Part shown: piece by piece, positions 1-7,572 of the stretch
How positions within the stretch are numbered: position 1 is the first letter of the stretch
Layout: every line of letters begins with the position of its first letter
Source of the DNA: Haloferax volcanii DS2
GTDB taxonomy: Archaea > Halobacteriota > Halobacteria > Halobacteriales > Haloferacaceae
Length of the DNA stretch: 32,000 nucleotides
Reading direction: 5' to 3'
NCBI RefSeq assembly: GCF_000025685.1
Contig: NC_013967.1
Span: forward strand, 1,800,001-1,832,000
Translations under genes and position numbers: made by a program
Notes under the pieces: generated by a model
Database searches by the model: none
Seen by the model: the letters and a program-made list of their open reading frames with translations, nothing else
What the model was told of the DNA's origin: nothing

Positions 1-18
1 CGTTCGTGTGTCGATGCG

Positions 19-366
19 TCAGGCGGGCGTGACGATGACCGTGCCGTCGGCCCAGACGGTCACGTCGCAGGCAGCGTACCGGAACCCGATTCGACCGCGA
101 GCGGGCGCTATCGACCCGCGAGTGCCGCCGTCGGTCGCCGCCACCCGCGCCAGCGGGGCGAACAGTTGACAGAGCGCGTCGGGGTCGATAGCCTCGGACA
201 GCGGTGGGAGGTCGATGGCGTCCACGCCGTGCAGTTGAGCGGTCGCGGTGACGACCGTCACCGCCAGAGTGTCTCGTCCGCTCCAGTCGTGTCGGGCGAT
301 GACCTCGTCGGTCGACCCCGTATTCCATCCCACATCGTTGCCCGGTAACACGCGAGTTTCGTCCAT
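19..366 (-). CDS. HalOD1 (halobacterial output domain 1) family small protein
   Basis: Minus-strand ORF. I prefer the internal ATG at 364-366 (MDETRVLPG...) because the upstream extension to 441 is Arg/Cys/His-rich and not protein-like. The C-terminal pattern LPPLSEAIDPDALCQLF...GRIGFRYAACDVTVWADGTVIVTP fits the HalOD1 signature as I remember it. Confidence 0.72.
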   Translation of the reverse strand: MDETRVLPGNDVGWNTGSTDEVIARHDWSGRDTLAVTVVTATAQLHGVDAIDLPPLSEAIDPDALCQLFAPLARVAATDGGTRGSIAPARGRIGFRYAACDVTVWADGTVIVTPA

Positions 367-525
367 GGTTCGGTTCGCGCCGGCGCCTCGCCGACATCCG
401 CACCGATGACGCTCGTGGGTATATCGGTCGCTGCTATCCAACTAGTGGTCGCGCGCGCCACCTCTAGGTACCTAGAACCGTAACTGAAAATCAGTTGGTA
501 TCGCTGGTCTACACGTGGTACGTCG

Positions 526-1410
526 TCACTCGAAGACGCGTTCGACCAGTTTTCGCTCGGCCGCGCGCAGGTGGTACTGGTAGGTCGGCGCGCTGATGTC
601 GAACGTCTCGGCGAGCGTCTCGGCGGTGCTGCGGCGCGGCCACTCGTAGAACCCGGCGAGGTGGGCCGCCCGAATCGACTCGTGCTGGCGGCTCGTCCAC
701 GCCGCGCGCATCTCGGCGGCGAACGTCTGCGGCGACTCGGCCCCGTCGGCGGCGGTCCGCCGCGACAGCAGACTCGTCCCGGGGTAGTTCGAGTCGAGCG
801 CGTTGACGAACGACCGGACTCGGACGCGCGTCGGAACCTCGGCGGTGAGCGTGGTCTGCGTCGGCGTCGCGTCGAGCGCGCGGAGCGTCGCCTCCGAGGC
901 GTACAGCGTCTCGAACAGCGATTCGCGCGGGAGTCGGAGTTCGAACAGCGACCCCGAGTCGTCGGTCGAGACGTGGCGCACGCGCGTTGCGATATCTCCC
1001 CCGGCGGCGACGACGTCCTCGGGCTCCGCGTCGCTGGCGACGAACGCGATGACCGAGCCGTCGGACTGCGGGATGACGCCGCTGAGACTCACCGCGCGGC
1101 CGACCCGCCGGGCGAGCCGCGATATCGACAGCCGGTCGCCGCCGAGCCGTACCTGTACGCTCGTCCGGCGCTCGGTCAACATGGCGTCGGCGCGCCCCGT
1201 GGCCGCGAGCGCGTAGCCGACCGCCTCCCCCAGTTCGGTGAGCAGGCCGTCGTCGTCGAAGGCGCTCGCCCCGGTCGCGTGGACGACGAACAGCGCCTCC
1301 ACTTGGCCGTCAGCGACCGCGGGGATGACCGCGATGGCTCGGAACCCGTAGCTGAGGGCGTCGCCGCGGTGGTCGGCCCACGCGGGGTCGTCGAGCACGT
1401 CCGAGACCAC
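526..1410 (-). CDS. C-terminal part of a Bat-type regulator (second half of a GAF domain, BAT region and HTH_10 DNA-binding domain); begins at a GTG 5 nt after an in-frame TAG
   Basis: The C-terminus LTSRQHESIRAAHLAGFYEWPRRSTAETLAETFDISAPTYQYHLRAAERKLVERVFE is a typical HTH_10 (bacterio-opsin activator type) motif. The N-terminus (DDPAWADHRGDALSYGFRAIAVIPAVADGQVEALFVVHA) is the distal half of a GAF fold. It is in the same frame as ORF 1414..3762. Confidence 0.8.
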   Translation of the reverse strand: MVSDVLDDPAWADHRGDALSYGFRAIAVIPAVADGQVEALFVVHATGASAFDDDGLLTELGEAVGYALAATGRADAMLTERRTSVQVRLGGDRLSISRLARRVGRAVSLSGVIPQSDGSVIAFVASDAEPEDVVAAGGDIATRVRHVSTDDSGSLFELRLPRESLFETLYASEATLRALDATPTQTTLTAEVPTRVRVRSFVNALDSNYPGTSLLSRRTAADGAESPQTFAAEMRAAWTSRQHESIRAAHLAGFYEWPRRSTAETLAETFDISAPTYQYHLRAAERKLVERVFE

Positions 1411-1413
1411 CTG

Positions 1414-3762
1414 CTACTCTCGGCTCTCCACGGCGGCTTCGAGCAGCGAACACAGCGGGTCCGCGGTCGCCACCTCACCGAGCCGGTCGGCGTAGGCGGT
1501 GTCCGCGCCGTGGACCGCGTCGCTCGGCGGGCGGTACGCCTCGTCGATGTCGCTGACCTCGGCGTGCCAGACGACCGTGATACCGTCGGTGTCGACGAGG
1601 TGTTCGGCAACTTCCGACAGCGCCGCGCCCCGGGTCGGCGCGCGGATGAGCGACTGGTTGATGTTCCGGATGGTCTCGTTGATTTGGTCGAGCCGGGTGA
1701 GCGCCTCGTTTTGGGCTTCGAGCCGGCGGTCGCGCTCGCGGAGCTCCGCCTCGGCGTCGATGCGTTCGAGCAGCTCCTCGACGGTCGCGGAAAGCAGGTT
1801 CACGAACTCCACGTCGACCTCGTTCGGCGCGACGGTGCCGGGATGGCCGGTGACGAGCACGCCGTGGCGACCGAGCGGCGCGGCGATGACGCGCTCGACG
1901 CCGTCGACGACGCCCCCGTCGGGCGCGAGTTCGACCACGCGGACCTCGCCGGAGACGAACGCGTCCCAGATGCCGCCGCGGTCGAGGCCGCCGTCGAGCG
2001 GTTTGTCGCCGAGGCCGGTCCCCGCCGCGCCGACGCGGACGAGGCTCGTGTCCGCCTCGTCGAAGACGAACAGCTCCGTCCGGGCGTCGCCGAGCACCTC
2101 GTCGCAGGCGTCGACGGCGGCCCGGAGGACCGCCTGTCTGTCGGTCGCGCCCATCATCTCGCGGGTCCGGTCGTGGAGCGTCGCCAGCAGGCGCTCGTAG
2201 CGGTGTCGCTTCGTCACGTCGCGGAGGATGCCGACCGAGCCGACCTCCTCGCCACCGACGACGAGCGGCGTTCGGTGGTCTTCGACTCTGACGACCCCCT
2301 CGTCGGGCGTCCACAGGTCCAACTCCACGATTCCCTGCGAGGTCGACGCGAACGCCTCGTCGCTCCCGTCGGTCGCGGTGGCGTGCTGGGCGAGCAGGGC
2401 CGTCGACGAGCCGATGACGCGGTCGCGCTCGAGTCCGGTGAGGCGCTCGAACGCGGGGTTGACCGCCGCGAACCGCCCCTCGTCGTCCAGCGCGTACACC
2501 GCGTCGGCGACGGCCGCCAGCATCCGCCCGTACTGCTCGGCTTCGACCTCGTGTTCCAACCGCTCCGTGATGTCTGTGAAGTAGACGGATAGCCCCGTCT
2601 CTGAGGGGTACGCCCGAACCGCGTACCACGTTTCGAGGCGGTCGTAGTACTGCTCGAAGGTCGCCGGCTCCTGTCGCTCCATCGCTCGCTCGAACTCCTC
2701 GCGGAAGACGGCCGACTCGGGCACCGAGTCCCAGATGCGTGTCCCCAACACCGCCGCGGCCGACATCCCGAGGCCGTGTTCGGCCGTCGAGTTGACGTAG
2801 GTGACGCGCCAGTCCGCGTCGAACCCCATCACCGCCTCGTCCATCCGCTCTAAGACCTCCGAGAGGGCGCTTTTCAGCTCGTTCCGTTCGGTCGCCGCGC
2901 CGACGACGGCGGCGATGTTCTCCAAGAAGAGCACGTCGTCGTCGGAGAACTGCCCGCGGGCGACGCCGTGGACGGCGATGACTCCCCACCGGGTGTCGTC
3001 GCCGCCGATAGCCGCGCCCATTCCGCTTTTCGGTCCCGACGGGCCCGCGCCGGTCGCGTGCTCGAAGCGCTCGTCGTCGTCGAAGTCGTCGACGAGCGTC
3101 GAACGCCCGGACCGGTATGTCTCGACCGCCTGCGTCCCCCCGGCCGCGGCGAGTCCGTGGCCCCGATTCGCCGACCAGCCCGCGGCGGCGGCGACGCGGA
3201 ACGCGCCGTCGTCGAGGCCCTCGAAAATCGTGACCGAACTGGCGTCGAGCACGTCGCGGACGCGACTCGCGGCGTGGTCGAGCGTCGAGTCGAGGTCGAC
3301 GGCGGTCAGCGCCCGCGTTCCGATTTCGGAGACGACGCGCTGCTGTTCGATTCGGTCCCGGTGGCTCCGCGCGAGGGTGCACTCGCCGAGCGCCCGCTCG
3401 ACGCGGAAGGCGAGCCACGACATCGTCTCGGGGTCGTCGTCGCGGACGACGTAGTCCGTCGCGCCGGCTTCGACCGCGCGGGTCGCGGTCTCCTGGTCGG
3501 CGGCCGCGACGACGACCGGAACGTCGATGCCCTGGGTGTAGATGTCGCGGACGAACGCCCCCTCGTCGCCGGCCGCCGTGGGGGCGGCCAGGACGATACA
3601 GGAGATGGCCGCCGCGGCGGCGACGAACTCCGCGCGCGCCGCGGCGGGGGTGCGAACGTGGCGGACGACCGTCGTCTCGTCGAGCGACGACAGCGACGAG
3701 TCGAGCGACGCCGCGAACGCGTCGTCGTCACTCACACAGAGGACGGTGGGGGACGGTAACAC
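1414..3762 (-). CDS. N-terminal sensor part of the same Bat-type regulator (receiver-like domain, GAF, two PAS, GAF, first half of a third GAF); ends at TAG 1414-1416
   Basis: 782-aa ORF with a GTG start at 3760-3762. Receiver-like N-terminus: VLCVSDDD...PVVVAAAD...GATDYVV. PAS-like segments: MDEAVMGFDADWRVTYVNSTAE and VADAVYALDDEGRFAAVNPAFERLTG. GAF-like segments are also present. GC3 is high throughout. Confidence 0.8.
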   Translation of the reverse strand: MLPSPTVLCVSDDDAFAASLDSSLSSLDETTVVRHVRTPAAARAEFVAAAAAISCIVLAAPTAAGDEGAFVRDIYTQGIDVPVVVAAADQETATRAVEAGATDYVVRDDDPETMSWLAFRVERALGECTLARSHRDRIEQQRVVSEIGTRALTAVDLDSTLDHAASRVRDVLDASSVTIFEGLDDGAFRVAAAAGWSANRGHGLAAAGGTQAVETYRSGRSTLVDDFDDDERFEHATGAGPSGPKSGMGAAIGGDDTRWGVIAVHGVARGQFSDDDVLFLENIAAVVGAATERNELKSALSEVLERMDEAVMGFDADWRVTYVNSTAEHGLGMSAAAVLGTRIWDSVPESAVFREEFERAMERQEPATFEQYYDRLETWYAVRAYPSETGLSVYFTDITERLEHEVEAEQYGRMLAAVADAVYALDDEGRFAAVNPAFERLTGLERDRVIGSSTALLAQHATATDGSDEAFASTSQGIVELDLWTPDEGVVRVEDHRTPLVVGGEEVGSVGILRDVTKRHRYERLLATLHDRTREMMGATDRQAVLRAAVDACDEVLGDARTELFVFDEADTSLVRVGAAGTGLGDKPLDGGLDRGGIWDAFVSGEVRVVELAPDGGVVDGVERVIAAPLGRHGVLVTGHPGTVAPNEVDVEFVNLLSATVEELLERIDAEAELRERDRRLEAQNEALTRLDQINETIRNINQSLIRAPTRGAALSEVAEHLVDTDGITVVWHAEVSDIDEAYRPPSDAVHGADTAYADRLGEVATADPLCSLLEAAVESRE

Positions 3763-3817
3763 AACCCGTGTACGCGGCTCGTCGTGATAAGCGCTCCTTC
3801 GGCCGCGAGCGGTCCTG

Positions 3818-4333
3818 TCAGGCGCGCTGCCACTCCGCCACGTCGAGGACCATGACGTACGCGTCCTCGCCGTCGCCGTAGTAGCTCGGCACCCGGCGGG
3901 CGGGCTCGAAGCCGAGGCTCCGGTAGAGGCCGATAGCCGGGTCGTTCGAGACGCGGACTTCGAGCTTCACGACCGTCGCGCCAGCGATGGCCATCGCCGT
4001 CAGCGACTGAACGAGCAGCTGCCGGCCGAGGCCGTTCCCGCGGGCCTCCGGGCGGACCGCGAGGTCCTTCACGTGGCCGATGTCGTTGCCGTGGTTCGGC
4101 ATCACGTCGGCGACGACGTAGCCGAGCACCTCGTCCCCGCGGGCGGCGACGAGGAACGCCGGCTCGTCGACGAACATCTCGAACGCGGAGTACGGCCACG
4201 GCTCGGAGAAACAGGTCCGCTCGATGCGGAGTACGTCGAGGAGGTCGACCCGGTCGACTCGCCTGACGACCAAGTCGCCGGCGAGCGCGTCGTCGAACGC
4301 CGTCACGCCCGGCGCTACGTGGTTGGCACGCAA
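3818..4333 (-). CDS. GNAT family N-acetyltransferase (RimI/Ard1-like)
   Basis: Motifs IERTCFSEPWPYSAF and the acetyl-CoA motif A VRPEARGNGLGRQLL. The maximal ORF starts at a TTG (4331-4333) that sits on a hairpin plus T4 signal, so a GTG at 4304-4306 (MTAFDDALAG...) is a plausible true start. Confidence 0.78.
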   Translation of the reverse strand: MRANHVAPGVTAFDDALAGDLVVRRVDRVDLLDVLRIERTCFSEPWPYSAFEMFVDEPAFLVAARGDEVLGYVVADVMPNHGNDIGHVKDLAVRPEARGNGLGRQLLVQSLTAMAIAGATVVKLEVRVSNDPAIGLYRSLGFEPARRVPSYYGDGEDAYVMVLDVAEWQRA

Positions 4334-4351
4334 AAGCCCGACGGCACGGGC
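4332..4351 (-). terminator. Hairpin (GCCCG-UGCCGU-CGGGC) followed by UUUU on the minus strand, downstream of aconitase
   Basis: Read directly: gcccg at 4336-4340 pairs with cgggc at 4347-4351, and the A-run 4332-4335 gives a T-run on the minus strand. A further T5 lies at 4431-4435, 25 nt after the aconitase stop. Oligo-T is the archaeal termination signal. Confidence 0.4.
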
Positions 4352-4459
4352 CTGCGGGAATCCGGAGGAACGCTCACGGTCGCGGGCGGGTCCCCCCGCC
4401 GGCCGCGCGGTGGCCGCCGCTCGCCGCGCGAAAAAGTGAGAAGGTGGTGTCGGTCGCGT

Positions 4460-6424
4460 TCAGTCGTCCGCGGGGGCAGCGCCGCCCTCGGCCTGCTGCT
4501 TCGTGAGGGGGAGCTTGCCGCCGGCGGTGAGGATACGACGCTCGCGCTCGGAGGCGTGCAGGTTCGCCGTCGCTTCCCAGTCGTCGTTCACGCGGATGGT
4601 GAACTCTTCCTGGCCGGATTCGACGGCTTCGGCAACGTCGTCGACGATTTCGACGTCGTCGCCCTGTTCGATCTTTGCGTAGGTCTCCTCGTCGATGGCG
4701 AGGGGGACGATACCGAAGTTGAACAGGTTCGCCTTGTGGATGCGAGCGAACGACTGCGCGAGGACGGCCTCGATGCCGAGGTACATCGGACACATCGCGG
4801 CGTGTTCGCGCGAGGAGCCCTGACCGTAGTTCTCGCCCGCGACGAGGACGCCGGAGCCGGCTTCCTTGGCGCGCTGGGCGAACGTCTCGTCGACGCGCGA
4901 GAGCGTGAAGTCCGAGAGGCGCTCGATGTTCGAGCGGAACTTGAGGATGTCGGACGTCGCCGGGATGATGTGGTCGGTCGTGATGTTGTCCTCCATCTTC
5001 AGGAGGGTCTCACCCGAGATGTCGGAGCCGAGGGGGTCCTGCAGGGGGACTTCGCCGATGTTCGGGCCCTTGATGAGCTCGTCGTCGATGGCGTCCTCGG
5101 CGTAGATGAGGTCCGTCTTCGAGCCGTCGTACTTGTCGGGGAGCTCGACGCCGGGGGCGTCGAGACCGAGTTCGTCGGCGAGGTCGCGCGGGTCGACGAT
5201 TTCGCCCTTGAGCGCCGCGGCGGCGGCGACCTGCGGCGAGCAGAGGTAGACGTTGTCGTCTTCGATGCCCGAGCGGCCCTCGAAGTTGCGGTTGAAGGTG
5301 CGCAGCGAGACGGAGTCGGAGGCGGGGACGTGGCCGATACCGATACACGGACCACAGGTCGCCTCGGAGACGTTGACGCCGGCCGCCATCATCTCTGCCG
5401 TCCAGCCCTCGCGGGCGAGCATCTCGCCGGCCTGCTTCGAACCGGGCGCGACGATCATCTCGAGGTGCTTTGCGACTTCCTGGTCCTTGACCATCTTCGC
5501 GGCCGGGAGGACGTCCTCGTAGCCGCCGTTGGTACAGGAACCGACGAGGACCTGCTCGACCTTCTCGCCGGCGACTTCGCGGACCGGAACCACGTTGTCG
5601 GGCATCGACGGGCAGGCGATGAGCGGTTCGAGCTCGCTGAGGTCGATGACGATTTCGTCGGCGTATTCGGCGTCGTCGTCGGCCGTCAGCTCGACGTACT
5701 CGTCGCCGCGGCCCTGACGTTCGAGGTAGTCTTTGGTCTTCTCGTCGGTCTCGAACAGCGACGAGGTGGCACCGAGTTCGGTCCCCATGTTGGTGATGGT
5801 GGTTCGCTCGGGCACGGTGAGCGATTCAGCACCGGGGCCGGTGTACTCGAAGACCTTGCCGACGCCGCCCTTGACGGTCTCGCGGCGGAGCATCTCGAGG
5901 ATGACGTCCTTCGCGGAGGACCACTCGGGGAGCTCGCCTTCGAGGCGGACGTTCACGACTTCCGGCATCTCGACGTAGTACGCGCCGCCGCCCATGGCGA
6001 CGGCGATGTCGAGGCCGCCGGCACCGATGGCGAGCTGGCCGAGGCCGCCGGGGGTCGGCGTGTGGGAGTCCGAGCCCAGGAGCGTCTTGCCGGGCGCGGC
6101 GAAGTTCTCCTTGTGGACGTTGTGGCAGATACCGTTACCGGGGCGGGAGAAGTGGGCACCATATGTCCCGGCCGCGGAACGGAGGAAGCGGTGGTCGTCC
6201 GTGTTCTTGAAGTCGAACTGGTAGGTCTGGTGGTCGCAGTACTGGGCCGCGAGTTCGGTCTGGGCCTCGTCGAGGTCGAGCGCCTCGAACTGGAGCCAGA
6301 CCATCGTCCCGGTCGTGTCCTGCATCAGGACTTGGTCGATTTCGATTCCGATCTCCTCTCCGGGGGTGAGGTCACCCTCGACGAGGTGGTCCGAGAGAAT
6401 CTTTTCCGTGAGCGTCTGTCCCAT
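4460..6424 (-). CDS. acn: Aconitate hydratase (aconitase family, about 654 aa archaeal/short type)
   Basis: 654-aa ORF starting MGQTLTEKILSDHLV. Fe-S ligand motifs GSDSHT, GSCTNG and CGPCIG, and a C-terminal swivel domain (GENYGQGSSREHAA). Confidence 0.94.
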   Translation of the reverse strand: MGQTLTEKILSDHLVEGDLTPGEEIGIEIDQVLMQDTTGTMVWLQFEALDLDEAQTELAAQYCDHQTYQFDFKNTDDHRFLRSAAGTYGAHFSRPGNGICHNVHKENFAAPGKTLLGSDSHTPTPGGLGQLAIGAGGLDIAVAMGGGAYYVEMPEVVNVRLEGELPEWSSAKDVILEMLRRETVKGGVGKVFEYTGPGAESLTVPERTTITNMGTELGATSSLFETDEKTKDYLERQGRGDEYVELTADDDAEYADEIVIDLSELEPLIACPSMPDNVVPVREVAGEKVEQVLVGSCTNGGYEDVLPAAKMVKDQEVAKHLEMIVAPGSKQAGEMLAREGWTAEMMAAGVNVSEATCGPCIGIGHVPASDSVSLRTFNRNFEGRSGIEDDNVYLCSPQVAAAAALKGEIVDPRDLADELGLDAPGVELPDKYDGSKTDLIYAEDAIDDELIKGPNIGEVPLQDPLGSDISGETLLKMEDNITTDHIIPATSDILKFRSNIERLSDFTLSRVDETFAQRAKEAGSGVLVAGENYGQGSSREHAAMCPMYLGIEAVLAQSFARIHKANLFNFGIVPLAIDEETYAKIEQGDDVEIVDDVAEAVESGQEEFTIRVNDDWEATANLHASERERRILTAGGKLPLTKQQAEGGAAPADD

Positions 6425-6450
6425 AACACCCGAACGTCGATGGTCCTCGG

Positions 6451-6458
6451 ATATAAAT
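6451..6458 (-). promoter_or_regulatory. TATA-like box (ATTTATAT on the minus strand) about 28-31 nt upstream of the aconitase ATG; implies a leaderless or near-leaderless mRNA
   Basis: The plus strand reads atataaat at 6451-6458 and the ATG occupies 6422-6424. The spacing matches the haloarchaeal TATA-to-TSS distance. Confidence 0.45.
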
Positions 6459-6696
6459 CCCGCGTACTTCCCTATCTTCGAACGTGAACGATAGCGCCGT
6501 CTCTGGATTTCTAGCGTCTAAGGGCCATTAAACTCCTTGTTGGTTCTCCAATGTGACTGGTCACCGCGGGGGTCGTCACCGCCCCCACCGCGGGCGTGTT
6601 TCGGCCCCGTCGCGGCGCGGGAATCGGGGTGGCGTTCAGGCGGTGATGACGGTCGAGGTTCGGCACAGTTTTGCGCCCGCTGGCCGGGGTTCGGAT

Positions 6697-7170
6697 ATGC
6701 ACCGCGCTGGCTCGTTCGTCGCACAGCACATCTCGCCGGTCACGGCCGAACAGGTCCAACCCAACGGCGTCGACCTGACGCTCGAAGCGGTCCTCGAACA
6801 GGTCGAACCGGGTCGCCTCGGTCGCGAGGGAAAGACCGTCGGGGAGCGCCGCGCCCTCGACTGCGCCGACCCGGACACCGAGACGTACCGACTCGACCCC
6901 GGCGGCTACGTCCTCCAGTACGCCGAGACGGTCCACATCCCCGAGGACCACGTCGGCTTCATCTACCCGCGGTCGTCGCTCATGCGGAACTCCTGTATGC
7001 TGAACACGGCCGTCTGGGACGCCGGCTACGAGGGGAAAGGCGAGGGCCTCTTGGAGGTCCACCACCCGGTCGAACTCGAACGCGGCGCGCGCGTCGCCCA
7101 AATCGTCCTCGCGGACGCGACTCACGACGAGACCTACGACGGCAGCTATCAGGGCGAACGGACCCGCTGA
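6697..7170 (+). CDS. dut: dUTP diphosphatase of the dCTP deaminase/dUTPase family (short archaeal Dut type)
   Basis: MHRAGSFVAQHISPVTAEQVQPNGVDLTLEAV... resembles archaeal Dut N-termini. The upstream extension to 6553 or 6646 has poor GC3 (about 65 percent) and a basic composition, so ATG 6697 is preferred. Confidence 0.82.
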   Translation: MHRAGSFVAQHISPVTAEQVQPNGVDLTLEAVLEQVEPGRLGREGKTVGERRALDCADPDTETYRLDPGGYVLQYAETVHIPEDHVGFIYPRSSLMRNSCMLNTAVWDAGYEGKGEGLLEVHHPVELERGARVAQIVLADATHDETYDGSYQGERTR

Positions 7171-7572
7171 CGACCGCCGACCGCGACTCTCGGAAGCGGT
7201 CACTCGCCGGATACTACCGGATGAATACCGACATCCCGATTTACGGGACGTTCTCGGCGATGACGAATTCCTTTCAAGTCGATGGGCGTCGTATCCCTTC
7301 TCGCGGAGGGCATGTCGGGCCGAAACGAGGGGCGACCTGTACCCACCGAACCTCCGCAACTTCCTCCTTCCACAGCTTCGTCTTCGTTGCTTCGCGCGTT
7401 CCTGCGAACCGCTCGTGCCCGTGAGCCGCGGCGTCGCGCTGCCGGCCTGCGATTCGCCGCCGCGAGCGAGCGCCACGGGACCGCCGCCACCTAAAGCCGC
7501 TTCGAGCGCGGCAGTCGGGTTCTCTGACCCAAAGGCACATTTACGCGCATACCTAAATGAGGCCAATCACTG

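Noticed and set aside
1414-1416. The TAG in the Bat-type regulator as a pyrrolysine or programmed read-through codon.
   Set aside because: Pyrrolysine decoding needs the pyl gene set, known from Methanosarcinales and a few others and not from Halobacteria. I see no downstream PYLIS-like context that I can recognise. A nonsense mutation, a split gene or a sequence error is more parsimonious.
571-2592. Long plus-strand ORF (673 aa) antisense to the Bat-type regulator. Similar long antisense or off-frame ORFs are at 4073..6487, 8008..10014, 15231..17228, 24415..26286, 1475..3418 and 15203..16144.
   Set aside because: Their compositions are dominated by Arg, Gly, Asp, Val, Ala and Pro with no recognisable motifs. 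They exactly shadow genes with strong motif support. Stop-free alternative frames are expected at this G+C content.
7171-7572. SRP (7S) RNA or RNase P RNA in the dut-panB gap.
   Set aside because: I looked on both strands for the helix-8 signature (CAGG..CCGGAAGG..AGCAGC) and for the RNase P CR-I GAGGAAAGUCC, and found neither. The region stays unassigned rather than called.
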